A stretch of DNA of 64,000 nt from assembly GCA_030867685.1 (NCBI GenBank), contig JAQOWU010000008.1, positions 4,402,001-4,466,000 on the forward strand, in the 5' to 3' direction. Shown here in pieces: positions 30,793 through 43,340 of the stretch. The DNA comes from Wickerhamiella versatilis (lineage: Eukaryota). Made by a program: the position numbers and the translations under genes. Each line of letters begins with the position of its first letter. Position 1 is the stretch's first letter. Under the pieces are notes generated by a model. That model was not told where the DNA came from, searched no databases, and worked only from the letters and a program-made list of their open reading frames with translations.

Positions 30793-33590
30793 TCGTTAAT
30801 CGTTATGGTTTGTAACACACTGATCAGCATTATATGTATGTATATAGTAAGTAATCATATAGCTTTCGTGCCACAAATTCACATTGGTTTTCTTTATTTA
30901 ATACTGAGCACTATAATATTTGCAGGTATATTAATTAAGGGGACGCTCTCAAGACAGTGGTGGACAGAGGTAATCCCAGAATGGCCTGTCATGTAGATCA
31001 GGGATTTGGGCTGAGACGAAGATCAAAATATATCGATAGCGGGTCTCAATTTGCACTCACTTACCTTAATATAGAGAGACCCAAATACTGGTTTTTGTAA
31101 AGTGAAGCCTTGAGCTAGCCGGCTGCTTGGGTTTGTTATCGACGAGTTTAAGAGTTAGCCTGCCTAGGGCTCTTCTATTTACCCATCCAGTACATAAACT
31201 GGTGCAAACTTCACAACCAGCTTTGTGCCACATAGACGCTAGCTCTTTTATAATTTTTGCGTTTCTCTTAAGCAAAACTTAGTATAAGTACCAAACCTAT
31301 GGCAACAGCCTATTGAATAGCTCTTCTTATCTATTGGTTTATAAGCCTAGACAGCTCAATTACGTACGAGATGCGGGATAAGTGCCAGCAAGAGAAGATT
31401 GAGATGCTGGCAATTATAATGATAGGGAAATTTTCAAGCTTGAGAATTGCTCCGTATTGGACATAAATGATTCTGTGCGCAAATGTCTGAGATCCATTAT
31501 AGCGCACGCTACATCGGTACGTAGGGTAGGGTGTATATGCAATGAATACGAGAGCAGCAAAGATTGATTCCAGGGCCATAGCAACAGACACCTGGGTTTT
31601 CTACTCGGTTAATCATAACTATTTTGGAGATCTCCACCGTAGCATACATTTGTGGTTCTCTTCTCCCTGGTTTATAGACCTATGAGCTCAAGCTTTAAGG
31701 GTCAGTGGCGGCACTGCAACTACTCACGGACTATTTTAAATGGCCAAAAAAAAGTCACATTGTACTTAGTTGTGCTCGATATCGGCTGGCTAATTTAAAT
31801 CAAGGGTACGGTATTATACATCAGACAACGATGTTAGGGTAATACGCATTACGCTGCATCAAGGAAAAAAATCAAGTGTCTGGAGATGCACGTGGTAAAA
31901 GTGAAAAAGATGGGAGCTTCTACGATCTAGAAAATATTAGCACTGATCTCTGATAAATGAGAAGAGAAGCCTGAATTTGTATTTGTTCCTTCGAATGTTT
32001 GAGGTGTCATAACGCCAACTAATGCTAGCATGAGAAGTTAGCTTATTTCTATATGTAAGTGATTATTTCCATCCCATTAGCGTAGAAAGGGTTTGTCAGT
32101 ATGAATCATACGTCCTAGACTCTATCCTCTTACCATCACACCAAACTATTGGCTACTTCTCGTTATCAAATACTTGCGGACATTTATACTATATGCTGTA
32201 TTTCTAAACGGATGATTTCCTAAACTATTCAAAAGATAATTTGACTAATTTATGCGTGCCTGAAAAGTCCTCTAAACCTATCGAATTCGTCGTAATTTTT
32301 GAAGACGGGGGTGACCGGCAGTAACGTCATAGATCAAGTTCCTCCTCCCCGTCTACTACTAATTATAACGGCCTAGATGCCATTTCTCATTCTATTTCAA
32401 CCCGTCTCATGAAAAATATGTGATGTATTTTGCGTTTGACATTTCTGCCTGAGAAGTACTAGTGACCGCCTGGAATACATAGCAGAGTCAAATGTATGCC
32501 AAATGCCTTGACAGAAACTTGTCTACTCGGTTTACTAGGTTTACTCGGTTAAACTTCGTTAGTAACTTTCTTAACAGAATCCGGAATGTCTATATCTTAG
32601 TGAACTGACACATTTCGCGACGTGATAATGTGTCATTTGACTAAGATAAGTAATTGTGGGATGGTACAGTATCCATGGCCGCCTTAGTTAGCTATATAAA
32701 CCAAAAAGTGACCTTTGCATTCAAGGAGGACAGTGCAGGTGAGTCTAGAGCCATAGCAATATTAAATGTTCTCAAATTTTCCTAAAATTGTTAGAAAATG
32801 CAAGATAGCCCATTGGATTACTACCGATTTTGTACTAGTCATACCATATTATTTAAGATACTATTGATATGTGGAGGGAGAAATATGATAGCAAACAATT
32901 GATGGTGCTCGTGAAATAGTAATATTGCCGAGTAAATCACATTACATCCGCCTGCAACGTCAAGGGAAACCCTAAACACTGTGTATGATGTCGGGGTATG
33001 TCGCTGGACAAATGTGCAGAATTGAGCGGCATCTGTGGATGATAAAAGTTGGATCTGGGCTGAGAAATTTGATTATCTCGTAAATTTTTAACTTAAGCTT
33101 TATCATGAGAAATAGCTCAGCTCAGTTCAGACTCTTAAAAATCGCCTGTAAGCTGCATCTGCTAACGAGATCCTGGCATAGGCTTAAGAAGATCAAGATT
33201 ATCTGAAACACTCACTCAGTTTCTACATGCCCAATAAATACGCATTGGACGCTCGTAAAGTTGTGCCCGTTTGGTAGCTCTCATGCGTAGGAGGAAAATC
33301 CACCCTCCCTCTCCCTAGCCCTAAATGACACTAAATACGGCGCGTTATTCACCAATAAGTGGCAAAAGAATTGTGCAGAATAGAGGAATTACTGTAGGAC
33401 TTGATGTATCTTCCGCTGCTTAAACATTTTTGTCCAAAGTTTGGATGATCGTGAAAAAGGCTACCCTTAGGATGGTAGATCTGCATTGAGGCACAAAGAT
33501 TTGTCATGATTAGTGGCTTGGGAATGTGTGTCAGGGTTTGGCGACATCAAACATATATAGATAATCAACCAGCAAACTGAAAAGTGGCGA

Positions 33591-34214
33591 ATGGACTTGT
33601 CGCGAATAGTTCATGACTTTCCTTCCCAAAAACGAGACCATCCTACTATGACTCCGTTTGGAGAACTGAAGCAACAGCAGGTCCCAGTCCCCGTTGCGAA
33701 TATAGAACAACCTGAAGCGTCTAAACCGGCTCCAGTGGAAATCATCTCTCCTAATGGGTGTATTTTAAGCCATCCAGAATACAATAATTTTCAACAAAGA
33801 AGCCCAGATGGACTTCAAGTCGCACCTATGCTCAAATTCACTTTTCCAAGAGCAACCGAGGAGTGGCATGGGAGCTCCAACAGCACATTATTTGGCGAGC
33901 AACAGAAAATAAGGCAGGAAATGGTATTTGACAAGATGTGGGGCTCTTTCGATAGCAGTCTAGATAACAAATTGAAGCTACTCAAAAAACTTCAATTATC
34001 AAATATCACGAGAGGTAACACGTACGGTTGTGTCATCTGCATGAAGAGATTCCGACAGAAAAGTGATCTCTCGCGGCACTTATGCGTTCATCTTGATATT
34101 CGCCCATTCTCGTGTCCCATGTGCTCTAAACACTTCGTCCAGAAAGGTGCATTGAATGTTCACCGGCGCGTTCACGAGAAGAATAACGAGCTCAAACCAT
34201 CCAGTGTCGTCTAA
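33591..34214 (+). CDS. C2H2 zinc-finger transcription factor (two fingers)
   Basis: CVICMKRF...LSRHLCVH, RPFSCPMCSKHF...LNVHRRVH; TATATA about 40 bp upstream. Confidence 0.9.
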   Translation: MDLSRIVHDFPSQKRDHPTMTPFGELKQQQVPVPVANIEQPEASKPAPVEIISPNGCILSHPEYNNFQQRSPDGLQVAPMLKFTFPRATEEWHGSSNSTLFGEQQKIRQEMVFDKMWGSFDSSLDNKLKLLKKLQLSNITRGNTYGCVICMKRFRQKSDLSRHLCVHLDIRPFSCPMCSKHFVQKGALNVHRRVHEKNNELKPSSVV

Positions 34215-35679
34215 TTTTGAATTCTGGATCGAATCCCTCTTTTATTTAATCTAAGCTTAAGCATTTATCTATGTCAACCTTTTTACCCGGTACGAAGACA
34301 TTTGCAGGTACTAGCATCGTTTCCTTTAAGGCCACACCATCACGTCTTGATAGTTCGTGGTCTGTACGCTGAGGAGTGGCTACGATATTAACCATACATT
34401 ATAGTGCCTAGACATCTGGCCACCTAGAGACTTTGTGACATCGGAAATCCAAGATCCGAAGCCGATTTTCATAATCATCTGTTCCAATATAGTTTCCTCG
34501 TCCGATCTATGCTCACATTTAGACGTGTATGGCAATTTCTATAATCCACATACTTTGGGGTTACGATAATTTCCACAAATCACGATGATTTTACGTCACC
34601 CACCCCCTGCAGTTGGAATAAATTATATGCCGGTCTAGGTCGGATATGGCCAGCTATCAGGGCAAAGGCACGTCCCAGTTAGTTAGTTATTTATATTCGT
34701 ACTAAAATGTTTTTTGTACGTTAAGAGCTGCTAACTACCCTATCGATTGTCGTTTTTAGCCAATAGGGGCATGCGGTATTTTCAGCTATAACGCAACTTA
34801 CGGTCACGCCGTTATTGATAAGCTTTAACCGAGCTTTCCGAGATTAGTCAGTGGCCTGGAAACCGCTTGGTGCATCTAATTATTCGAAAGTATCCGTGTT
34901 CTGAAAACTAAGGGTTTGAAATTACTATTTTGAACCGAATACAGCTGGTTTCACCAGGAAGACTTACCTTTGTAACTTCCCAGATTTTGTACCCATGTCG
35001 GGATAACTATCGGAAAAACATTTCTACAATAATAATACCACCAATCAGCCTAGCACATTGATTCATGTACCTCTCGATCTGTTTGAATCGGTCGGAAGCG
35101 GGGGAGTCACACCGGACGGAGTCACATCGGACAAAGTCAAATTATCATGGGGGACCCTAATCCCATCACGTCATCCTGCATGCAGATGTAATGGTGTTGG
35201 CTCACCATGCTCCTGCCACGGAGTCGGGGCTCTGCTAGGAGCCCTACTATTCAGGGAATTTTCTTATATTTCAATATATAGACCGGATCATCTGTGGATG
35301 GCTACGGAGCCATTGTCACTATGACAAAAAGGAATGGTGGCTGACTAGGGGTAAGCCCAACAAGCCAAGATGGCCTAGGCAGAATCTTGCAAAAGACAAG
35401 GTGCAAGTAATAGTATAAGAGTTTACTTTCGTGCCACTACTTCTCAAACCGCCTATCATATAGCCTTACGCTAAGTACTTCATCGGTGAAAAAAATCGCT
35501 TACTCAAACAACAAAATATGAGACATAGAGAGAGGTTGAATAGCCCAATTCACTACCTGAGACTAGTTGGACAATATCAGCCAACTCTCTGTGTAGGTTA
35601 TTACTTTAATCAACTCACTCGCGTAGCCCATCTACAGTATGGAGAAAGTTAAACTGTAGTCAAATACACATTCCAATTT

Positions 35680-36555
35680 CTATGCAAGTAAATTTCTCCT
35701 CATTTCTTTACGGTGGAGATATATTATGAGGAGTGCCAACAGCAATATAGTCAATGGAAGCACAAAACCGAACTCGTCGATAGCGTAGGCGGTCTTGTTC
35801 CCCACGTGTCGGGTCAAAGGAGTATAGAAACCTTGGATCCAAAGATTATGGCTCGCGTGAAAAATAGCGCAAGGCCATAGACTTCCAGTTTTTAGCCGAA
35901 TCCAGGTAAGCACTATGCTGATTGAAATAACAGTTACCGTAAAGCAGGTCGATCCGTACCACCATTCAGTTCCCTGATTATATTTACCAAAAATTAGGAT
36001 GGGATAGTGCCAGCAGGCCCAGATAATTCCGGTAAGAGCTGATGCTTTCTCGAAGCCAAATAAATCAGTTAATACGGGTCCCATAAGGCCTCGCCAGCCT
36101 ATTTCCTCGCCAAGAGCAGATGAGACGCTTCTAACCATGCCATTAGTAGCGAGATCGAATACATAGAATATAAGTACAAGCCAGTCTGGTGTATATTTCC
36201 AGCCCAGATAATTTTTCACAGAAACAACATATGAGCTATCGAGGCCTCCGAGTCCTGTAAGCCATATCAGGATGTAAGCAATAGCTGCATAGAAAAATGG
36301 CAAAAGGTAAGCTCCACATATAGCGGCATTTGAGGACCACCCCCATCCCAGGGAGTTCACATCTAGTTTCCTTAGCTTCACTGTTGTCAGGGCGGCGAGG
36401 CATGGCGACCACATCATAAGAAGAACATAATCTGGCACAGGATTAGTAGATAACACGAGAATATACCACGGTAAAGTATATATAGTGACCAATAGAACGT
36501 ATAAAATAACCGTGTTTTTGCTTTCTCGCCGATCAACTTCAAGGATACTAGCCAT
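35680..36555 (-). CDS. CPBP-family (CAAX protease/Abi) intramembrane metalloprotease, bacterial-type
   Basis: Multiple TM helices; GEEIGWRG, WACWHYP, KTGSLWP..IFHASHN motifs. Confidence 0.88.
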   Translation of the reverse strand: MASILEVDRRESKNTVILYVLLVTIYTLPWYILVLSTNPVPDYVLLMMWSPCLAALTTVKLRKLDVNSLGWGWSSNAAICGAYLLPFFYAAIAYILIWLTGLGGLDSSYVVSVKNYLGWKYTPDWLVLIFYVFDLATNGMVRSVSSALGEEIGWRGLMGPVLTDLFGFEKASALTGIIWACWHYPILIFGKYNQGTEWWYGSTCFTVTVISISIVLTWIRLKTGSLWPCAIFHASHNLWIQGFYTPLTRHVGNKTAYAIDEFGFVLPLTILLLALLIIYLHRKEMRRNLLA

Positions 36556-37374
36556 TTATCTATGATGACATAACAGTTGAAGATTTATTTCCTATACGAT
36601 GGAATTGCTACTACTACTGAGAAACTCAAACAGGAATGCTTTCTGCATAGTAGGCTACCCTGCATTATCCAATTAGTCTCAGATAGTCGGCTACTTGTAT
36701 AAGGTAGGTGGTGAGAAAAGAAATCAAATAAAAAATTTAGCTACTGGCCGTCAATAAGTCAATTAAGTTGTCGGGGTATTTTAAAAAGTTAACGATGGTC
36801 TGATATAACGCTTACGTTCATCTGAGCTATTTTCTTGGTATGCTTATAATCATTGTCTTTAATTCTTTGTTCATAATCATCATCTAAAGCTAAAGACCCT
36901 AATTTCTACTTGTGGCCATTCCAGCACAATTGGCGACAATTCCTATTATACCTCTCCGTGCTGGAGCATAAATTCTAGAATTTACTGATTAAGTTTAGGG
37001 AGGAAGACTCCCGTGGGCTGGCTACCTTGCATTGTCCAACTCCCGGCTGGCACCAAGGGGTACCTGAGTCAGCCCAACCGAAAAAACAGTTAAGGGAGGC
37101 AACGGCGATTAGCTAATCAAGCATCTCAGGTTGAAGGATTTTCTTGCCTCACGCGACAAGTGCAAACACCGTAGCCTAGCTTCAACATCTATGGCATTCA
37201 TTGTCGATTTGAAACTCTGTAGCTTTACTCAATTCGGCCTAAGTAATTCTCTGTGGCAAGTGATCGGCTCGGGTATATAATACTCCGTTCCGCGTTGACT
37301 CAGGAACCGTCTCAGTTTCTCCGCGTTGACAGAAGCTCCCCCCTAGCCACACCACACGCTCTCAACTTCCCGCC

Positions 37375-39291
37375 ATGCGCAAAGTGAAGAAAGAGAGGCC
37401 AGGAAGGTCAGCAATAGCATGTAATAATTGTAGGAGGAGAAAAACTCGATGTGATTCTGAAACACCTGTGTGCGGAGCCTGTGCTAGGTCCGGTAAAACC
37501 TGCGTTTATACACCACTTCCTCGTCAGACAAGAAAAGAGCCACGACTATTGACGTTGGAGCGTAAGTTTGATCATTTGGAGTCCTTTATAGAAAAGGAGT
37601 TCCCTAACTTCAAAAAAAGTTCTAGCTCTCCAGTGGAAGACACTAAACTGGAACTTAGCGATGATGATGAGCGTGGGACAGAATCACCGCCTCCAACAAT
37701 TGAACAAACTCCTGCTGCAGATCGACAGAGAATAGAGTCTGAAACATATCCAACTTTTAATGACAGATTAGCGAGAATCAAAGCTTGCGTGGGAGGCTGC
37801 AGCGGAGACTACACCATATATATGTCCAATGCTTTCTTCTCGATTCTGAGTAGTTCAGACATTGAAACACTCTCAGTCAAGCTTCATGACCCATATTTTA
37901 GTACTAAGCTGGAGAATGCGTCGTACGAAGTTTGGCAACTGACCAACTCGACTTTGTCTGCGATCGTACCATCTGTGGCCGGATTTTCTCCCGATTCCTT
38001 TTTTGTCAATAGGTCCCTTGAAATATTACTCGCTGCAGATACTAAAGCTTTATGCTTGCTAGTCACCGATGCCGACCTAGACCCCAGAAAATGGTCTGAT
38101 GGGCGCGACCCCATGCAGGAAGGCATTCGTGCTGCTGTTGTGATTATCGGTGGAGTTGCTATGTACCTTAATTCAGACTTCGAAGTTTTTTCGGAAGAGT
38201 TTGTCGGAATTCAGGTAAGGTCTGCATATTTCCAAGCAATTAGATCACTAAATGCGATTCATTTCGCGAAGCCATCGTTTTTTCATGTCAGAATATGGAT
38301 AGTGTTATTTTGGGTTCTCCGCGTTTTTGCCTCAATCCCGTCCCTCCTATCTTTCTTAGAGCCCATTATAAACATGGCCAAGGCTATCGGGCTAAACAAT
38401 GCTATTTTCGATACAAATCTCCGCAAAGATGAGGCCGAATGGAGGCAGGCTGTATGGATTATTTTGGTTGATTTTCAATATTCTTTATGTGCGTCAACAT
38501 ACCTGAAACCTTACGTGAAGCAACACTTGTACCCTCAAGCGAACCAAAATCTTATGAATCTGCCTATGATGGATTTTCTAGGTTATACCATACCTTTAAA
38601 TGACATCTTTGACGAAGCTCGGGAAAAGCTTTTTGCTCTCAATTTGAGGTATCGCGATCCCCAAGAGGTCTATGAAGATATCTTGCGCTTAGATCGTGAA
38701 GTCGAGGAATGGCATGACAGGATTCCTCAAAATTTTTGGAAATCCGATGTCGTTTCTAACACATCGTTTGCCCATTTTTTGAATTCCTACAGGGCCGGGG
38801 ATATTCAAAATATGTACTTTCATACCATTATAGCGATACACTCGATTCCTGCATTCTCCCCACGATTTCTGCCGGAGCAAATCCCCCATTCCTTAGAGAA
38901 AGTTTTGAAGGCAGCGAGGAGCCTTTTCAAATTTGGGGTCGTTATGAATGAAAATAAGTCATTGTTGAGAGATTTCGCAAATGTAAATATTACGACAGCT
39001 TTATTCGTCTTCCTATACAAGCAGGTATGCTATCCCAACCATGAGTCAAACAGGGCTGATTTACTACATTTACAAGAAAGGTTAAGCATGTTCACATACC
39101 AAAACTGGCCTATTAGGAGAAGTCTGTCACCTGAAGCCAAGATCTGGGAATTGATAATCGATCTCATAGCCAAGCTACATTATTCAAACAATGGAAGTGC
39201 AGGCACAGCATTTGCTGAGCATGATATGAGTGGAAATTTCTTCTCCGAGGAGCCTATCAAGTACGATAATGGCCAATGCTCCATCTCATGA
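37375..39291 (+). CDS. Zn(II)2Cys6 transcription factor
   Basis: ACNNCRRRKTRCD...CGAC...C plus middle homology region (AKAIGLN...EAEWRQAVW). Confidence 0.93.
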   Translation: MRKVKKERPGRSAIACNNCRRRKTRCDSETPVCGACARSGKTCVYTPLPRQTRKEPRLLTLERKFDHLESFIEKEFPNFKKSSSSPVEDTKLELSDDDERGTESPPPTIEQTPAADRQRIESETYPTFNDRLARIKACVGGCSGDYTIYMSNAFFSILSSSDIETLSVKLHDPYFSTKLENASYEVWQLTNSTLSAIVPSVAGFSPDSFFVNRSLEILLAADTKALCLLVTDADLDPRKWSDGRDPMQEGIRAAVVIIGGVAMYLNSDFEVFSEEFVGIQVRSAYFQAIRSLNAIHFAKPSFFHVRIWIVLFWVLRVFASIPSLLSFLEPIINMAKAIGLNNAIFDTNLRKDEAEWRQAVWIILVDFQYSLCASTYLKPYVKQHLYPQANQNLMNLPMMDFLGYTIPLNDIFDEAREKLFALNLRYRDPQEVYEDILRLDREVEEWHDRIPQNFWKSDVVSNTSFAHFLNSYRAGDIQNMYFHTIIAIHSIPAFSPRFLPEQIPHSLEKVLKAARSLFKFGVVMNENKSLLRDFANVNITTALFVFLYKQVCYPNHESNRADLLHLQERLSMFTYQNWPIRRSLSPEAKIWELIIDLIAKLHYSNNGSAGTAFAEHDMSGNFFSEEPIKYDNGQCSIS

Positions 39292-39925
39292 TATAATAGA
39301 GCATCATTGGTGTTGTACCGACCTCCTATGAGTCCAGAGCTTCCCACTATACCGCTGTCTACGTAGAAGCTTGTATGCTCTGAATGTACTATGCCAGGTT
39401 GTTGAGAGTATGTTGCTTGATGTGAGGTAGATGTCTGAAGCTCTGCCTGCAGCCTAATTATGTAGCATCAGCTCTCCTATATGTATACTTGGTGGTTGTC
39501 AGAGTTTAGCATACGCTGTTTGTACATGAGACACTACCGAATTCATATGCTTTCCAAATATTTATATATAGACTCTAGACTTTTGCATGCACAATTGCAA
39601 ATGATAAGCTCCTACTTCTACAGTGATAAATTCGAAGAGTAAGTGCTTCGGCCTAGTGACCGTAGATACCTTTTCATATGCTGGGTGTAGTGTTTAGAAA
39701 TTAGATTCAGAACACTCCATTTCTGCGGCGATACCAGGAATAAATAAGTATGACCCTATCCCTCTTTGCTAAAATCTATTTGATTTTATTTTTAGGAGTA
39801 CGATAAACAAATGAATAAGCGCGTCGAGCAGCTTATGATCTTTGTGTTCTGCTAACTCAGAATGCTGTGTCCATGGATGGCAAGGTCGCACGTATTCAAG
39901 CGATTCTGTAATCAGAAAAGTGTCA

Positions 39926-39949
39926 CACGTGTGGCACGTGTGGCACGTG
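39926..39949. promoter_or_regulatory. Three tandem CACGTG E-boxes (Pho4/Cbf1-type bHLH sites) upstream of RNase T2
   Basis: CACGTGTGG CACGTGTGG CACGTG at 9-bp period. Confidence 0.6.
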
Positions 39950-40699
39950 TTAGAGAAAGGACGTCAGCGAATCAAATGCCCATGTAATCTATTCTTTTAG
40001 CACTTATCTTAGACTGCAAATCTTATTCCTTGCAGATCACACATTTGTCATCTAAATATTTTGAGAGGTTTCACGTGCGCAACCATCCTGAGATGATATC
40101 AGCGCGATTAATAGTAGGTACATATTGTTCTAACAGTTTACAAATTGCTTAGTCCATTTCTAATTCTATTAAACATTCATACAATCCCGCTATTGCCATA
40201 GACAGCCGAATAGCAAAGGAAATTACAGTATAATCTGAAAAACATTAGTCAGCTCTCTGCGGCTAGATGTGTTCCCGGATAACCCCGATAAAACACCCAA
40301 GGTGCCTAGAGACCATCTAAAGAGAGAGCAGGAATGATCCACGTTGAATATAAGCCTTTTTTGGTTATTTTTCTGGTCAAGTACTAGCTGAATGTCTCAT
40401 GTAGAAGCACCGACTTAGGATAAACGAGTACTCAATAGTTGCAGAAAATCAGTAGTGGGATAGGGTACGCGCTAATAAACGTCTGAACACAGGCAAACGC
40501 CCTAAATTTCAGCTAGGAGAGGATAATTCTCGAACAATCATTGGTGATCTCATGAATCCTCGAATTTTGACCGTATCCTTGCTCAAGAGCAGAAATACTT
40601 GGGGCATTGGCATGGGTCAGGGGTTTGGGGTTTATATATCTATTAAAGGAAAAGCCCTATCTCCACCCCTCCACGCTCCACTCTCAACAGTATTCGTAA

Positions 40700-41878
40700 A
40701 TGGTCCATAGTTTTGAGTGGTACCTCTGTTTAGCCTCACTGTTCGTGGTACCGTGCACTGGTGCTTCAAGCGAAGCACATCAGTCCTGTCCTGCAGACAC
40801 TCCCCTTAGTTGCTCTTCTGGATCTGATGACAGCTGCTGCTATGAGGGTACAAATGGTTTGTTCCTTCAAACACAGTTTTGGGATTATGATCCATCAACT
40901 GGGCCTGATAATGCATGGACTGTACATGGTCTATGGTCAGACAAGTGTGGTGGGGGTTTCAATCAGTATTGCAACAAGGACTGGGAGATAGACAGTGCAA
41001 GCTCTACCCTCTCTAATTTGGGAATGGACGATCTTTTGGATGAAATGAAAAAAGTCTGGAAAAACCAGGGCGACTCAGATGATGAATTATGGACCCATGA
41101 GTTTAACAAGCATGGGACGTGTATGTCGACCGTGAGTCCCTCTTGCTATGGTGATAGTAACGATCAGAAAAATGTTGGTGACTTTTATTCGACTGTTCTA
41201 AAGCTCTACAAGACGCTACCTACGTATGACTTCCTCAAGCAGGCAGGAATTGAACCTTCTGAAGACAAGACTTGGAATATAGACGAATTCAGTAATGCGC
41301 TCACCAAGCATACAAATGGTCATTCTGTATACCTTGGTTGTGATGATTCCAATGCTATTACACAGCTCTGGTACTTCTTCAAGCTCAAGGGTTCAGTGGC
41401 AGATGGAACATTTCATAATGTAGATTCTGTGTCTTCCTCGACATGCAAAGATGGTTTCAAATATAAGCCAAAGTCGCAGAGTAGTAATGATGGTGGAAAC
41501 AGCGGTGGATGTAGTGGAGGAAGTAGCGGAGGAAGCAATGGTGATTCACAAAAGGGTTACCTAAACGTTGATGGATACGAGGGCTGTCTCATCAGCGATG
41601 GTTCATGGTACACGAGTGGTACATGTGCTACGTTCCACATCAATTCATCCTCAGGTAATGTCAATGTTAAGTCATCCAAGGGATCTTGTGGAATCCAAGA
41701 TGGTGGCTTTAAATGCGGTAGCGGAGTAGATGCAGCCGATTTCAAGCTCACAGATGGATATCTAAGCTATGATGGCTCATCCGAGTGGAGTGCTAGCCAG
41801 AAACCACAGGGACAGGATCGTGAATCTATTTCTACCGGCAGCGGAAGTGTGACATTCAAGCTGAAACTTAGTTCGTAG
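40700..41878 (+). CDS. RNY1: Secreted ribonuclease T2 with C-terminal extension
   Basis: Signal peptide, WTVHGLW (CAS I), WTHEFNKHGTC (CAS II), Gly/Ser linker, GCLISDGSWY..GTCA C-terminal domain. Confidence 0.92.
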   Translation: MVHSFEWYLCLASLFVVPCTGASSEAHQSCPADTPLSCSSGSDDSCCYEGTNGLFLQTQFWDYDPSTGPDNAWTVHGLWSDKCGGGFNQYCNKDWEIDSASSTLSNLGMDDLLDEMKKVWKNQGDSDDELWTHEFNKHGTCMSTVSPSCYGDSNDQKNVGDFYSTVLKLYKTLPTYDFLKQAGIEPSEDKTWNIDEFSNALTKHTNGHSVYLGCDDSNAITQLWYFFKLKGSVADGTFHNVDSVSSSTCKDGFKYKPKSQSSNDGGNSGGCSGGSSGGSNGDSQKGYLNVDGYEGCLISDGSWYTSGTCATFHINSSSGNVNVKSSKGSCGIQDGGFKCGSGVDAADFKLTDGYLSYDGSSEWSASQKPQGQDRESISTGSGSVTFKLKLSS

Positions 41879-42284
41879 ACTATTATATAAAGAGACTGAA
41901 ATACTGTCGACGAATATATCAGACTAGTATTGGTAGCAATCCCTTTGCACTTTAATTTTTCATACTGACCTGATGGTTCCTGCGATCTTCTAAGGATGGT
42001 TAACGAGTAAGAGGCAGCTATCATAATAACTTGCATTTCAATAGCTAATATAATCTGATAGAAACTTTTCCACTCCACAATACATCGTTGCTAAACTCTA
42101 GGTCTAAACGTTTTCTATTTATCAATTAAGAAGAGCCGTATCCAAAACCCAAATGTCGAGCGCCAATATACCTGATCTATCGCGATTTTATATCTGAAAC
42201 CGAGTAGCAAAGCATACTAAGAAGTTCATATTAGATGTTCTAAAATCTACGAGTGATACCTATAATAAAAAATAGATTATTTCT

Positions 42285-43340
42285 TTACATCTCAGGGAAA
42301 AGCTCACGTGCAGTAACGTCAAAATGTTTCATTTGAGACTTGCAGAACTCGATCACGTCTTTCTTATCAAATTTGTCTGTCTCTAGCAACCTTTGGCGTG
42401 TGATTTTACACCTATCCTCCATAACCTTTAGCCTGTAGTCTAACCAAGAAATACCGAGGTTCTGGATATCATCGTGACCCCGTGAGTTTGTTAGACATGT
42501 CATATCCTCTACAAAGACATTTCTTGGCCTCAGGCTCAATACCATAGCTATTCTTTCAGAGCAGTTGGATGCACGTAGAGCAGCATGCCTAATTTTGGAA
42601 CCCTGCAAAATTGCTATACTTCCTAATTTTGGCCCAGGAACCACATCTATGGTGCCGTCCTTTGTCATTACAGCAGTTTCTCCTCCCTGCATACCTGTAG
42701 TATCCGAAAGCATCAACACAGCTACAAACGGAACTTGGTCAAAATGCCAGTCATCCACTGGTCGATTGTCATAGTCACTGGCCTCTACATTGTTCCCTTG
42801 TGGTACGGGTAAGGTCGGAATATCGGACAGGTCGTGAATGCCCTCTTTCCCTTTGAATCCGAGTTGTATGTTGACATGCCCCACCTCAAAGTCATGTGCT
42901 GGTACGAGGTCAATGCCAACCACATCAGATATTTTTCTGAGAACACTAGGGTTGGTCAAGGCACTATATATAAAAGGTGAGCGCCTATGAGCATAGCCAC
43001 GAAGCATGTAGGGACTTCGAGGGGACGACACAGCATGATTCTCCTGAACAGGTCCAGATAAAATATCATTGCGCATCAATCGAACTGCCTCATTAGTGAA
43101 CATCCGAAACGGTGCAGCCGCAGCGAAGTCACTGATTCCGTTATTTGAATCATACCCAAAATCGCGCATCCCTTTCTTCCAAGCTGGATTGCTCATATCT
43201 AAGTGCTTTTTCTCATCAAACTTTACTTCTGTTGGTTTATATTTCCATTTTTTAATCTGAGGCGCCAGAAACTGCGCTTCTGGCTGATTGTAAAAGGTAG
43301 TATTGAGAGTCGGGTTTGGTGGCGTTACTTCAGCAGTCAT
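42285..43340 (-). CDS. Uncharacterised fungal Fe(II)/2OG dioxygenase-like protein
   Basis: DDWHFD (HxD), PFVAVLMLSD..GMQGGET, LQG..IRHAA (distal His), ERIAMVLSLRP (2OG-binding Arg). First ATG at 43340. Confidence 0.78.
   Translation of the reverse strand: MTAEVTPPNPTLNTTFYNQPEAQFLAPQIKKWKYKPTEVKFDEKKHLDMSNPAWKKGMRDFGYDSNNGISDFAAAAPFRMFTNEAVRLMRNDILSGPVQENHAVSSPRSPYMLRGYAHRRSPFIYSALTNPSVLRKISDVVGIDLVPAHDFEVGHVNIQLGFKGKEGIHDLSDIPTLPVPQGNNVEASDYDNRPVDDWHFDQVPFVAVLMLSDTTGMQGGETAVMTKDGTIDVVPGPKLGSIAILQGSKIRHAALRASNCSERIAMVLSLRPRNVFVEDMTCLTNSRGHDDIQNLGISWLDYRLKVMEDRCKITRQRLLETDKFDKKDVIEFCKSQMKHFDVTARELFPEM

Noticed and set aside
31000..33550. 2.5 kb ORF-poor region as a possible ncRNA, centromere or transposon relic
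   Set aside because: No tRNA boxes, extreme AT core or terminal repeats seen; long promoters are usual upstream of TF genes.
35101..35140. 15-bp tandem repeat GGAGTCACAYCGGAC within an 88 aa ORF
   Set aside because: Only about 2.5 copies, and the ORF starts at TTG with no motifs; no supportable function.
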